Assembly: GCF_018977255.1 (NCBI RefSeq)
Contig: NW_024704742.1
Location: forward strand, 74,526,001 to 74,590,000
Reading direction: 5' to 3'
Source: Callorhinchus milii
Taxonomy: Eukaryota
DNA length: 64,000 bases
The number at the start of each line of letters is the position of its first letter. Positions within the stretch are counted from its first letter, which is position 1. Below the pieces are notes generated by a model. The model saw nothing but the letters and a program-made list of their open reading frames with translations, was not told the origin of the DNA and made no database searches. Of this stretch, positions 1-11,490 are shown one piece after another. A program made the position numbers and the translations under genes.

Positions 1-821
1 CTCCAATGTCTATCCTTTCAAAACGCATCAAAATGAAACATCTCTTTGTGCATGCTTTTTGCATTTCCTCCATACCCAGCTCCCCCACCAGCTCCCTCTC
101 AACCTGGGCTTCATTCAGCTTCTTTAAAGTGCTTTGAGACATTTTCGCTACATGAAAAGTATTATAGAAGTGCAAATTGTTGTCGCTGCTAACATTTTCC
201 TTGTGCTTTTGTGCCACTGACCACTTCATTTATTTCTATCTTGTCAATGGATTGTCAATGACAATTCATTACAATTAATAGAATAATTTATAAAATATCT
301 ATAAAAACAAGTAGAAACTCAGACATTGTGTTGAAATGAAAGATGATTTATTGTGTCTGCCGGTACTTTACAGTTTTTATTGGATACTTTTAAGACTGAG
401 TATTTCCTCAGCATTTTCAAAGATTCATAGTGTGGAGAAGACAACAACAACAAAATTACATTTGTTTAGTGGGTTTCCTGTGTTAATGACTCAATAGCTA
501 TCAGCCCTACCATCCATACAATCAATTCACGATTCAAACCTTTCATTGTTTACTAGACCAGCATTAGCAGAAAGATGAAAGCCATCATCAGTTTGCTGCT
601 TTCACATTTCATGTGATTCTTTTACTTTGCCTTATCTTCCATAAAGTAGATGTTTACTTGAATTCTGCTTTACACTACTATCCCCTATGTTTGGTACATT
701 TTTTTTGTGGGGTGTAAGTGCTCCAAAACAACCATCTAAGCAGGCATTGATTGCAATATGGCTCAGCGATTGGGCTAATTGCTGGAGGTTAATTGCTTGT
801 TATAGGAGAGTGCAGATAATA

Positions 822-1080
822 ATGTAATAATAATAATTCTTGCATTTGGTATAGCACCTTACCACATCGGAAGGACATCTCAAAGCGCTTCACAGGATTT
901 AATGTGAAAATGAAGTGACTGTGTATCTGTAGGCAAAATGGCAGCACAATTGTACACAACAAAATACCTATGAAATAAATGACCAGTTTTATTTGGGGGA
1001 TTATTGGACAGGACACCAAGAGACCTTTTCTTTACAAATAGGGCCATGTCCATCTGTCCACTGTAACAAGCAGACAGGAC
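822..1080 (-). mobile_element. Old Deu-domain SINE (SacSINE1-like), 3' portion
   Basis: (TTA)n tail + ttcttgcatttggtatagc...ctcaaagcgcttcacag, followed by a degenerate Deu-domain and SacSINE-like body on the minus strand. Confidence 0.65.
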
Positions 1081-1601
1081 TTTTCAAAAGGGCCCTAAGA
1101 AGCCCCTCTGCTACATCCCCAGGAGCTTGGATACATAAAGTAGTACAGTTTGCACACAAGTCTTGTATGGCACAAACTTGACTTGCATTGGGACCTTGAT
1201 GTTCTTGAAGAGAAATGAGCCTGACCAGAGTGTCCTTCACCCCTTCTCTGTGTGGTTCCCCAGGACAGTGTCCAAGCAAAGGTTGGTGTCCACCCCCCGA
1301 CCTCCCCGGCCAGATACCAATAAGAATCAACAATTGGGACTGATGCTTCTTGTATCAATAAATTCCCTCGATGTCTTCTCTTGAGCTGCGCAGAACCATG
1401 ATTTCACACCTGGGGGCGTCTTGTAAGAGATTCGGAGGAGACTACCAAAATAGTGGTGCAATGAAAAGAAATTTTATTCGGCCAACAAGTACAAAGTTAA
1501 TCTACACAAAGAATAAAGCGGTAGTTTTACCGAGAAAACTGTATTATCCAGTTCCTCTGGGAAGCGAGTTGACCCTGTTCATTTCTTTACTTGCCTTGCT
1601 T

Positions 1602-2215
1602 CAACTGCACTTATATTGTGCCCCCATGCAGGGGTAGCATCTCATAGCGCTTAACAGTGGCGGAGCCTGACTCCGAGCCGGGGGGAAGGAGGAGGTGACC
1701 ATAAGCACGGTTGAAGAGGCAACCTTTCTGGCGGGACTTGAAAAAGGGGAGAGAAGGGGGCAAGGCAGAGGAGGGATTGAGGGAGAGTGTTCCAGAGTTT
1801 TGGGGTGTAGTGGCTGAAAGCACAACCTCCGATGGTGGGGTGGAGGGTGCGAGCAGGAGGCCAGTGCCAGTCGAGCGGAGGCACCGGGTGTGGATTGGGG
1901 AGTGAGGAGGTCGGAGAGGTAGGGAGGTGCCAGAGAGTGAATGGATTTGAACATGAGTGTGAAGATCTTGAAGTCGATCCGTTGAGTGAGGGGGAACCAG
2001 TGAAGCCTGGCCAGAACTGGTGAGATGTGGGTATGGAGTTTGGTCCAGGTCAGTATACAGGTGGCAGAGTTCTGAATGAGCTGGATCTTTTGAATAGTTG
2101 GAGCTGAGGAGACTGGCGAAGAGTGCGTTGGAGTAATCCAAGCAGGAGGTGACAAACGCATGCACAAGCGTTTTGGCTGCATTTGGGGTAAGGTACGATC
2201 GGAGGCGGACAATAT
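1602..2215 (-). mobile_element. L2 LINE, family B, 5'-truncated 3' fragment
   Basis: ORF2 C-terminus HAFVTSCLDYSN / IQNSATCILT..HISPVLARLHWFPL.QRIDFKI; family-B tail ctcggagtcaggctccgccactgttaagcgct. Confidence 0.92.
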
Positions 2216-2625
2216 TTTACAGCCTACTACCATGTCCCAGCAGTTGGCCCAGTGTTCAAGATGGCAGATGCAGCACAAAAGGTCTCCAAGTGAATCCACC
2301 AGCAGCATAATATTGTCTGCAAACAAAGCGCTACAATCCTGTCAGAGAGGCCTGGAACAGATACACCAAGTCCTTCCCCCTCCATGCCATCCAACACCTT
2401 ATTGATGAACACATCAAACATGATGGGTGACAATGGGCAGCCTTATGTTACCCCTCTTTCCAGAGGGATGAGCTCAGTGAGTTCACTGTCAGCCCTTACA
2501 TGGATCTTGGAGCTGGAATAGACATTCTGGATAAAATCCAAGATTTGGCCATGTACTCCTATGGCTTCTAGTTTCATCATGAGGGACTCATGAGGCAATA
2601 GGCCGAAAACCTTGCAGAAGCACAC
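2216..2625 (-). mobile_element. Degenerate reverse-transcriptase fragment of a non-L2 LINE clade (RTE/RTE-X-like)
   Basis: Frameshifted translation LPHESLMMKLEAIGVHG..LERGVT*GCPLSPIMFDVFINKVLDGMEGEGLGVSVPGL..FADNIMLL..EHWANCWDM: RT motifs QGCPLSP and FADD-like, unlike local L2 (QGSVLGP, YADDTQ). Confidence 0.8.
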
Positions 2626-2924
2626 TGCACTGAGGACACACTGTGTCCGAGTACACTGAGCTCACAGTATCGGTACTAGCAGTTTTAACATGTTTACTAA
2701 AGTTGGGTAACTGTATAAGATGGTGTGTTGTAATCATACTATTCACCTGAAAACATTAAGTCAATCTCTGGGACAAATGTCGACCAATAAGCGCAAATTG
2801 CATTTCAAGTACACTTGAAAACCATACTGAGTAATGACTGGAGAAAGCAAACCTTTATACCACCTTATTACGTCAAAACATTTCAAAATGCTTCACAGAT
2901 AATTACTATTGAGTATATTGAATC

Positions 2925-3212
2925 GACCATGACCCGTTCTGCCTTTCCCCACCTCCGCAACATTGCTCGTCTCCGCCATTACCTTTCCCCTTAGGCCGCC
3001 TAGTCCTTCATTCATGCATTCATCATGTCCAGGTTAGGCTACGCTGACTCCATGCTTGCCGGACTTTCCAACTCTCTCCCCTCTTTCAAGTCTCGCCTGA
3101 AAACTTTCCTCTTCGACCACTCGGAGTCAGGCTCCTCCACTGTTAAGCTCTCTGAGACGCTACCTTGTGTAGAGAGTGCTACATAAGCGCAAGTTGTTGT
3201 TGTTGTTGTTGT
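2925..3212 (+). mobile_element. L2 family B fragment with internal deletion
   Basis: AFPHLRNIARLR-like segment joined directly to 3' end; tail ...gcgcaagttgttgttgttg. Confidence 0.85.
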
Positions 3213-3745
3213 AACTCTTCCCTCCCCAACTGCAGATTATTCAAAGCTCTGCAGCTCATACCAAGCTCTGTGAACCAATCACCCCTATCCTCGCCTGGAT
3301 TCACTGGCTCCCCATCCCTCAAGAGGATCAAGTTTAATATCGTTGACCTCACTTTTAAAGCCTTTCATAGGCTTGCTCCTCCCTACCTCTGCAACCTATT
3401 AATACCATATCAACTTGTCCACTCACTCCATTCGGCAGGCACTGGCCTCTTCGTGCCCCCGCCCTGCCCGCTCCACCATTGGTGGTTGGGCCTTCAGCTT
3501 TTCTGTCCTCACCTTCTGGAACATGATCCCTCCGCCTCGCCCACTCCCTTGCTTCTTTCATGGCCCATCTCAAGACTTTCCTTTTTGATCTTCCTTTTAG
3601 CCATGCTCCCCCGCCCACTACCCTCCACCCCTCTTGATTCCAAACCCCAGCTCGGGTGCAAACCCTTGACTGTCCAGCGTCCAGCACCTTGGGAACTCCT
3701 TCCGACGTGAAAGGTACTACATAAATATAATTTTGTTGTTGTTTG
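3213..3745 (+). mobile_element. L2 family A 3' fragment
   Basis: RIKFNIVDLTFKAFHRLAPPYLCNLL; tail ttgggaactccttccgacgtgaaagg..ataaatataattttgttgttg. Confidence 0.88.
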
Positions 3746-3799
3746 TAGACTAGCATGGAAACTAATTACATCAACAATGTTCCATAAACAACCATTAAA

Positions 3800-4130
3800 C
3801 AAATAATCTGATTTTGACAGTGGGAAGCCATATGATGTAGTACAGCTAGACTTGCAAATGGACTTTGGCAAAGTATCAGCAAACTCCTTTGCAAACTTGA
3901 TACCAAGGAACATGGACGTAGATTAATAACTGTTGAAATGGAACCAAATTGATTAAAAAAGGATCAAAAATTGAATGGTGTGTCTCAGGTGTGTGTGCTG
4001 AGACACCTCCAGTTTTTAATGTATATTAATGATCTGGATTTGCAGACTCAGTGAAAAGCATTCATATATATGATGTAAAAATAGGAGGCATGTACTCCAA
4101 GGACATGAGAGAAATCGAAAATGACTTCAG
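3800..4130 (+). mobile_element. Ancient CR1 LINE RT remnant
   Basis: gatgtagtacagctagacttgcaaatggactttggcaaagta (DVVYLDFQKAFDKV-like), ggtgtgtctcagg..gtgctg, tatattaatgatctggat (YINDLD). Confidence 0.7.
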
Positions 4131-4350
4131 GGGTATTAAGATTGCAACATCAACAATTTGCTTCGATATAGTATTTCATAGAAATCATAGAATTATACAA
4201 CAATAACAAAATTACATTTATAGAGCGCCTTTCATGTCGGGAAGATGTCCCAAAGCGCCGGACAGTCTGGAGTCAGGACCTGAGCATGGGGGAGGTGTGG
4301 GGTAGGAGTGAGGGAAGGCAGAGAGGTGGGAGGGCGACTGAAGGCACGAT

Positions 4351-4414
4351 TGGGACGTCCTCCTGACGTGAAAGGCGCTCTATAAATGGAATCTTGTTGT
4401 TGTTGTTGTTGTTG
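4351..4414 (+). mobile_element. Ultra-short L2-A 3' tail insertion (stem-loop + (TTG)n)
   Basis: tgggacgtcctcctgacgtgaaaggcgctctataaatggaatcttgttgttg.. interrupts host L2 at aggcacgat|..|atcgaaaaagag. Confidence 0.85.
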
Positions 4415-6664
4415 ATCGAAAAAGAGGGTCTTGAGACCGGCCTTGAAGGAGGCAAGGGAGGAAGCGAGGCGAAGGGACCATGGGATGGAGTTTTAGAGGG
4501 TGGGGGCAGAGAGGCTGAAAGCCCAGCCACCGATGGTAGGGCGGGTCAGGCGGGAAACATGGAGCAGACTGGAGCCCGCTGAACGGAGGGAGCAGGCAGG
4601 TGGTAGGGAGTCAGCAGGTCAGAGAGGTAGGAGGGGCAAGGCTACGGATGGCCTTGAAAGTGAGGATGAGGATCTTGAACTTGATCCTCTGGGGGATGGG
4701 GAGCCAGTGGAGTCGGGCAAGGGTGGGAGTGATGGGGTGACGGAGCCTGGTGCGTGAGAGTACACAAACTGCAGAGTCTTGGATGATCTGCAGCTTGTGA
4801 AGGGAAGAGTTGGGAAGACCGATGAGGAGGGAGTTTCCATGATTGAGCCTTAATGTGATGAATGTGTGGGTGAGGGTTTCGGCAGCCTGAGGGGTGAGGC
4901 ACTGGCGGAGTCTGACAATGTTGCGGAGGTGGTGGTAGGCAGTGCCGCTCATGGCATGGATGTGGTGGAGAAAGGACACCCAGTTCCTGACTGGCTTAGT
5001 GAGATTGAGTGTGCAGCCGTGGAGGCTGATGCTGCCAGTGCCTGAGGTGCGGAGTCGCTGGCGCGAGCCAAACAGGGGGGCTTAGGTCTTGCTGCTGTTC
5101 AGCTAGAGAAAATTGTCTCTTGTCCAGAACTTGATGTCGGACAGGCAGTTGGTCAGGACGACAGTAGTCCTGGAGTTGAGGGTGGAGGCAGAGAGATAGA
5201 GTTGGGTGTTATCTGTATACATGTGGAAAATATACCCCATGTCTGTGGATGATGTCACCAAGGAAGTGCATGTAGAGGGTGAAGAGGAGGGGACCGAGGA
5301 CAGAGCCCTGAGGAACGCTGCACGAGATGGTGCGGGGGCTGGAGGAGAAGCCGTTAGCTGAGACAAAGTGGAGGTGGTGTGAGAGGTAGGACCTGAACCA
5401 GTCAAGGACAGAACCTTGAAGGTTGAGGTGGGAGGAGAGGCGGTGGAGGAGGATTGAGTGATCCACAGTATCAAAGTTCACAGCTAGGCATGTCGAGGAG
5501 GGTGGAGGAGCTGATTGGTGGTGGAAAACAGAAGCCTGGGGTTGTCCTTCACCTCCAGGATTAACCTGGAATAGAAGGATGATTTGGCCGAGGTGAGAGC
5601 GGAACGGTAGGTTTTGATGTGGTCCAGCCAGATGTGCCGGTGGACCGTTAGGCCGGATTTGAGCCAAGTACGTTCAGCAGACCGCACCTGGCCCTTGAGC
5701 GAGAGGAGTAACTAGTGAACCAGGGTGAGGATCGGGAATAAGAGGCAGTTCGGGAGATGAGGGGAGCAAGGATGAGGTGGTCGGAGCAGAGGCAGAGGGA
5801 AGCAAAGAGGGTGGAGATGTCAGATATGAAGGTGGGGGAGGATTTTGGGAGTCAGTGAATTAGAAGAATTTTTAGTGAGAGATGGGAGGGATGGCATAGG
5901 GTAAGGTGTTCAAAGGAGGGGAACGAGCCAGTGGAGTAGAGGGATAGGGCAAGTGATGCCTTGGATATGCGGGCCACACCACCGCCACGACGGTTGGGGC
6001 GTGGGGCATGGTGGTAGGTGTAGCTGGGGGGTGTGGCCTCAGTGAGGGGAAGTTGTCACCTGGGGTGATCCAGGTTTCTGTGAGTGCCGTGATGTCAATG
6101 TTCTCATCGAGGATGAGTTCATTGATGGCCAGGGACTTGTTGCAGATGGAGCGGATGTTTTGAAGGTCAATGCGAAATGGACAGTTGACATGGGGATGTG
6201 TGGGATGGGAGGGGGTAATGCAATGGTTGAGAGGGAGGGTGGGGATGCGGATGAGGGAGGAGAGGTTAGCCCCCGGGTCTGGGTCCGGGGTGGCTTGCGG
6301 CGGTAGTGGGGAATGGGGCAATCGGTTTAGCTGCTGCTGGACAGCCAACACTGCGTGCCACGATGAGCCTGGCCAAGGATTCCCAGGCTGGAGCAGAGCG
6401 AGGCAGTGAGGGGGTCAAGCAGGGATAGGATAGGGAGGGCAGAGAGACGGAGAGAGAGCAGGACAGAGCAGGAGAGTTGCAGAGAGGGGGGCATTTTGAG
6501 GGAGGGACAGCTCGGGTCAGGGCGGCAGCCAAGATGCGCAATCTGGGACAGAAGGCGGTGGATGAGTGGGACATTGTCAGCCTGCAGGAGGCTGTGGGGG
6601 CTAGAGGTGGTGCAGAGTGGGGAGGGCACTCATTGTGGTTAGCAATAAGCAGCCTGCAGGGGAA

Positions 6665-6850
6665 GGACAGGGCAGACAGACAGACAGAGGATGGGAGGGA
6701 GGAAGGGAGACATACAGAGGATGGGAGGGAGGGATGGGAGGGAGGGAGACAGACAGAGGATGGGAGGGAGGGAAACAGAGAATGGGAAGGAGGGAGGGAG
6801 GATGGGAGGGAGACAGACAGAGGATGGGTGGGAGGGAGGGAGGGAGACAC
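6665..6850. repeat. Purine-rich minisatellite (gggagggagacagacagaggat units) in the L2 5' region
   Basis: About 5 imperfect 25-35 bp units visible. Confidence 0.85.
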
Positions 6851-6894
6851 TGGTTTAGACTATACTGGAGCTGCTACCAAGGATTGAAATCAGG

Positions 6895-6930
6895 CGGGCG
6901 GAAGTGACGCGATGAAGAATGGCGGGAAAA
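6895..6930. promoter_or_regulatory. Candidate internal Pol II promoter motifs of L2 (ETS-CRE composite and YY1-like)
   Basis: gcggaagtgacgcg (ETS-CRE) followed by aagaatggcgg (YY1-like) at the 5' extremity of the element; CpGs retained. Confidence 0.45.
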
Positions 6931-6974
6931 TGTGAAAGTGGAATATGTGGCAGCAGCAGCAGATGATGATTTTA

Positions 6975-7115
6975 AAAGAGCTATCCAAATCAAACCCCCT
7001 CCCGCGTACTCTCCCCATAGTCCTGCAAACTTGTCCTCCCCAAATAATTATCTACTCTCTTAAAAGTTGTTAGCGAAGCGGCTTCCACCACCCTTTCAGG
7101 CAATACATTCCAGTT
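6975..7115 (-). mobile_element. CR1 3' end fragment
   Basis: aaaagagctatccaaat..ctctccccatagtcctgcaa..ccaccaccctttcaggcaatacattcca, typical shark CR1 3' region; sibling at 11185-11270. Confidence 0.75.
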
Positions 7116-7229
7116 GTTCACACAGGATAGCATTTTGGTGGGGTGGGTGGGGGCAATGTGCATTTTACTTCTTGTTCACCATCGTTAGAACAGTGTAAAA
7201 CAGTAATAAATAATACAGATAGATTATAA

Positions 7230-7690
7230 TGGAGTACATTAATTAGTTGAGTTCAGATCCGCAGAAGTCATGTATATTGCTCTGCTCAGGTTGAGCTTGA
7301 AGGACTGTACGGTTCTGGGCATTGTACATCATGGTTTGTCAGAGCTGCAGAGGCAGAATGCAGCAATGAGGATGATCCCAATGAAACAGGATAGAGCTAT
7401 GGGTAACGATGAGCTAAATTAGGTCTCAGAAGAAACTGTTTACAGATATATAAAATGCTAAATTGGATTGAGAAAGTAAACCCAGAATAAAACTTCAGAC
7501 TTACAAAAGTAGCAGAGAAAAAGGGCACAGGTTAAGCCATATGACTAGATATTTTAGGACAGACACCAGGAAGTATTTCTTTACACAAGAGGGTAATCAA
7601 TTAACCAATATCTGGAAAATGTTTTACTAAGAGCAGGGGTGGCTTCATTTAAGAAACAGTTTGGTATTATAATGGGAATTTGCTAGGATA
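7230..7690 (+). mobile_element. Ancient CR1 ORF2 C-terminal remnant
   Basis: Degenerate QRRA.RMIP..SY..L.KLGL..YKML..RKYFFTQ-like motifs. Confidence 0.6.
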
Positions 7691-7870
7691 ATAATAATAA
7701 TATAATAATAAAATAATAAATTGATATAGCCTCTTATCACGCCTTCAAGATGTCATAAAACGCTTCACAGAATATACTGTAAAGTGAATTGACTGTATAT
7801 TTTGTGGGCGAAACATGGCAACCAATTGCGCACAGCAATGTCCCATAAACAGTCGTGGATTGACTGACTA
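7690..7870 (-). mobile_element. tRNA/Deu SINE 3' half
   Basis: (TTA)n tail, cgcttcacagaatatactgtaaagtg, Deu-domain caattgcgcacagcaatgtccc. Confidence 0.85.
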
Positions 7871-8159
7871 TTATTATATTTTATTTTTATCTAGGCATTT
7901 TGTCTCAATAACTTTAAATGCAATCAGCTTCAGAAAGTTGCTAGATTGTACGAACAGTTCTGATTTGGCTAACTGGAAGATTGAACCCATTTAAAAGACA
8001 TGCTGTGCAAATCAGGAAAGCATAGTTCTCTAGCGCAAACTAATTATGGAATATCCACCAGACAATAATAAGACAAGCTTTAGTTTCAATATTTGGAATA
8101 TGAACTTTATTCTATATGTGTTCCAGAAAGACAAAATGAAATTGTAGGCCTGGAAGTTA

Positions 8160-8375
8160 GGAGAAGCTGTCTTCTGGTTTCGAATAATGTCGTGGAATTT
8201 TTAATGTCCACCTGAAGAGGTTGACTGGACCTTGGTCTAACGTCCTATCCAGACAGCAGCTCCAATAATGCAGCGCTGCCCAATACTGCACTGGAGTGTC
8301 AGCCTGGATGAAGAGCTCCAGTATTGATGGGGAACTTGAACCTACAATCTTCTGCAAGAGCTCCTGAACTGCCAC
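8160..8375 (-). mobile_element. SacSINE1-like old SINE
   Basis: tccacctga..ccttggtctaacgtcctatcc..aatgcagcgct..tactgcactggagtgtcagcctgga..cttgaacctacaatcttctg. Confidence 0.75.
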
Positions 8376-8805
8376 AAATAGTTAACCATTTGATTTAACC
8401 TGCTAGATCTTCTTTGAATTCCTGCGTTATTACTATTTCACACCTTTTCTAGACACTACAAACTCGCACAACGGTGTCCTACAGAGGAGGACTAGACCCT
8501 TTCCTTTCTACTCCTTCCATACAAAATATTGGATTTTTTGAGATTTTTGTTTGCTAAAAAGTCAGTATCTTGTTAAGAAGCAGTGGAAGACACCCCACCT
8601 CCCCACCACCCCTCTCAGAAAGTCATTCACTAAGCCATTGGGATTATCTTCATTGTTGCATTTTGCCTCTGCTTTTGTGATCAACGCAAGTTAAATGCAT
8701 TCATTATACTCATAACTGAGAAAATATCTCAGCAACTTCACAACTGTGAAGTTAGAGGATCACAGACTCACAATTTTCGCCCAAAACCCCACTCCCTTCC
8801 AGTAT

Positions 8806-9112
8806 AACAACGAACAACAAATTGCATGTATATATTGTCTTTCATGTCAAGAAGACGTACCAAGGGGCTGAACAGTTGAGGGTTTTCACCCGAGCTGGGG
8901 GTTGGACTTGGGAGGAAAGGGAGCTAAGAGTAGTGGGGGGTAAGATGCCCAAAGGCTTGGTTAAAGAGGAAGGTCTGAAGACGGATCTTGAAGGAAGAGA
9001 AGGAAGGGGTAAGGTGAAGGGACTTTGGGATGGAGTTCCAGAGAGTGGGGGCAGATTGGTTGAAAGCCTGAACGCCAATGATAGGGTGGGAGTGGGGACA
9101 GCCCGGGGAATG
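8806..9112 (-). mobile_element. L2 family A 3' fragment
   Basis: Tail and tgggatggagttccagagagtgggggcaga segment. Confidence 0.8.
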
Positions 9113-9334
9113 TGATCACTATTAACTATTTCGAGATGTGGGTGAACCTGCATTATATTTTTAGAGCTGAAAAGTTTAAGGATGATCTGATTGAATGTTT
9201 AAAATAATGAGGGGAATGGACAAGCTGGAGTGGTAATGATTCATCCCGTTAGGGGTTGGGGAAGGTGGAGGAGAAAGGAATCCAAAACATTTCAGAATAT
9301 GATTGCTGGTCTCCCCAGCTCCAGCATACACAAA

Positions 9335-9828
9335 ATTTAATTATTCAAAACTCTGCCACCTGGATACTCACCTGCACAAAACTCTGTACCCCCATCACAC
9401 AAGTCCTTGCCAGGCTCCACTGGTTACCAATCACCGAACGGATCGATTTCAAGAACCTCTCACTCATTTTTAAATCCCTTCATGCCCTCGCACCTCCCTA
9501 CCTACCTCACCTTCTTACCCCCCCCACTCCACGACCTGTTGCCTCTACTCGGCTGGCTCCATCCTCCTATTTGTCCGTTGTACCCATCCACTCCACTATA
9601 AGTGGCCGTGCCTTCAACCACCATGCCCCGAAATTCTGGAACCCTCTCCCTCAATCCCTCCGCCTTGTCCCCTCCCTCCCCACTTTCAAATCCCGCCTCA
9701 AGACCTTCCTTTTTGATTGTGATTCTGTTCACCTCCCCCCTCCCTCTCCCACTGGCTCGGGGTCAGACTCCGCCACTGTTAAGCAGGCCAAAATGCTACC
9801 CCGGGTGTAAATGTAAGTTGTTGTTGCA
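9335..9828 (+). mobile_element. L2 family B 3' fragment
   Basis: IIQNSATWILTCTKL..LHWLPITERIDFK..FKSRLKTFLFD; tail ctcggggtcagactccgccactgttaagc. Confidence 0.92.
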
Positions 9829-10509
9829 TATAATTAGTAATCACGCCTGCCAAACTCACCACAGGTCTAAGTGATAAACTAACTTGGAGGCTTCCCATCA
9901 AATTGCCTTACACTCATGTTATGAATGAAAATCACTTTAACTTAAAAGCAATGTTTCAACTTAAAAATATGAACAGAAATCAGGAAGACATGAAAAGCTT
10001 TTGTTTTGTCAAAAGCTGTGGGCAAAGATCCACAGATTTTTTGAACAATATTTTTGGTATGTTAGGCTCGGTCTAAACCATAGCACCAAGTCAGAAAGAA
10101 ACAATACTATAATAATAATATAATAATAATACAATAATAATCCTTACAATTGTTATAGCATCTATATCATCAAAATGCTTCAGTGATAATTGTTGTCAAG
10201 TGTAGTGACTATTGCAACCTGTCTGATTTTTCACTTTAGACTGTAAGGTTAATTGTGGCACTAATGTCCGAAGCTGAGTTGAACTGGCCTGAGGTTCAAA
10301 GCTTTCCATTCTATAGCTCAACTCCTCACTGAGAATTCTTTTTACACTGTGAGCTATAAAGCTCCTGACTTTTATTGATGGATGCTGATGATTATCTAAT
10401 TTGATGAATTCTGTGTGATGCTAATTATCCTCTATCACAAGCTATTAAAATGACTTGAACCTGTGACAAACCTTGCTCCGCCTAACCCTCTACCAAAATG
10501 CCCACTCCC

Positions 10510-10703
10510 TCCACTCAGCTGGCTCCGGCCTGTTTCATGTCCCCCACCTCGCCCGCTCCACCATTGATCTCCCTCTTTCCACCCTTTAACCTCCACCCTC
10601 CCCGATCCCGACCCCCTAGCTCGAGTCTGAAAAGCTGATTGTCCAGTGCCTTGGGATGCCTTCCCAATGTGAAAGCTGCTATACATATGTAATTTTGTTG
10701 TTG
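10510..10703 (+). mobile_element. L2 family A short 3' fragment
   Basis: gtccagtgccttgggatgccttcccaatgtgaaagc..tgtaattttgttgttg. Confidence 0.75.
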
Positions 10704-11059
10704 TAAACATTATTGCCTTCTACACGATGTAGTGGGTTTGAAATTCCAAAATGCATTGAACTTTCAATCTGATGCTGCTTGTGTATATGAAATGGAATAC
10801 TTAAAGCTGATGATTATTAGCAAAGCTCTCGTCACCAAAATACTGCTGATTCCTTCCACAAAAACCATAAATTATAATGTAAGTTGGCACCAGAGCAGAA
10901 ATTTGGAGAATAACGACTCCTGTGTTGACAGTCAGAATATTTAGGATATCTGGAACCCTTTCAAAGTTGTGAATCTCTTACTTAATGTTTTTTAGTCAAT
11001 ATACTTAATTTGCTATGAAAATGTAATGAAAAAATGAAATTCTGTGAATTGTTGTGAAA

Positions 11060-11115
11060 GATCCTCCTTACACAAAAGGTGCTATATCGAATAGCGCCTT
11101 TTGTGTCAGGAGGAT
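11060..11115. repeat. Inverted repeat built from two L2-A-type tail segments
   Basis: atcctccttacacaaaaggtgctat-atcga-atagcgccttttgtgtcaggaggat (23/25 arm match). Confidence 0.8.
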
Positions 11116-11124
11116 ATACCAAAT

Positions 11125-11270
11125 TGCATTTCATATAGCGTTTTTTCACGTCTTCTCGACGTCTTAAAGCACTTCACAGAATAGTACAGAAGGAGGCCAT
11201 TCAGCCCATCGTGTCTGTGCCAGCTCTTTGAAAAGAGCTATCCAAACGAACCCCACTCCTATGTTTCTAT
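11125..11270 (-). mobile_element. SINE tail fragment followed by CR1 3' tail fragment
   Basis: tgcatttcatatagcgttttttcacgtcttctcgacgtc; agaaggaggccattcagcccatcg..aaaagagctatcc. Confidence 0.75.
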
Positions 11271-11490
11271 TCAACTGTGATTTTTGAGGTTTTCTATTCA
11301 ACAGAGTTTGTCTCTCCAACTTTTGAGATCTTAACTTGATTTCTTGCTGTTTCTTCAGACCAAATGATTATTAATTTAAGGGGAAGGATTTGTCCGAGTA
11401 TCAACTGTAGTTCTTCCGATGTATATTTTTAGACAGAGAGTTATTAGAATATAGAATGCTTTACAACTGTTCAAGCCAAATCAGCATTTG

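Larger units (their letters stand above)
4200..6970 (-). mobile_element. Near full-length L2 family A element (5' region, APE endonuclease, partial RT, 3' tail) with two internal deletions; defective
   Basis: EN start [49 protein letters not shown] / [11 protein letters not shown]-terminal LHWLPIPQRIKFKIL; (TTG/TTA) tail at 4200; CpG-rich 5' end near 6890-6960. Confidence 0.93.
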
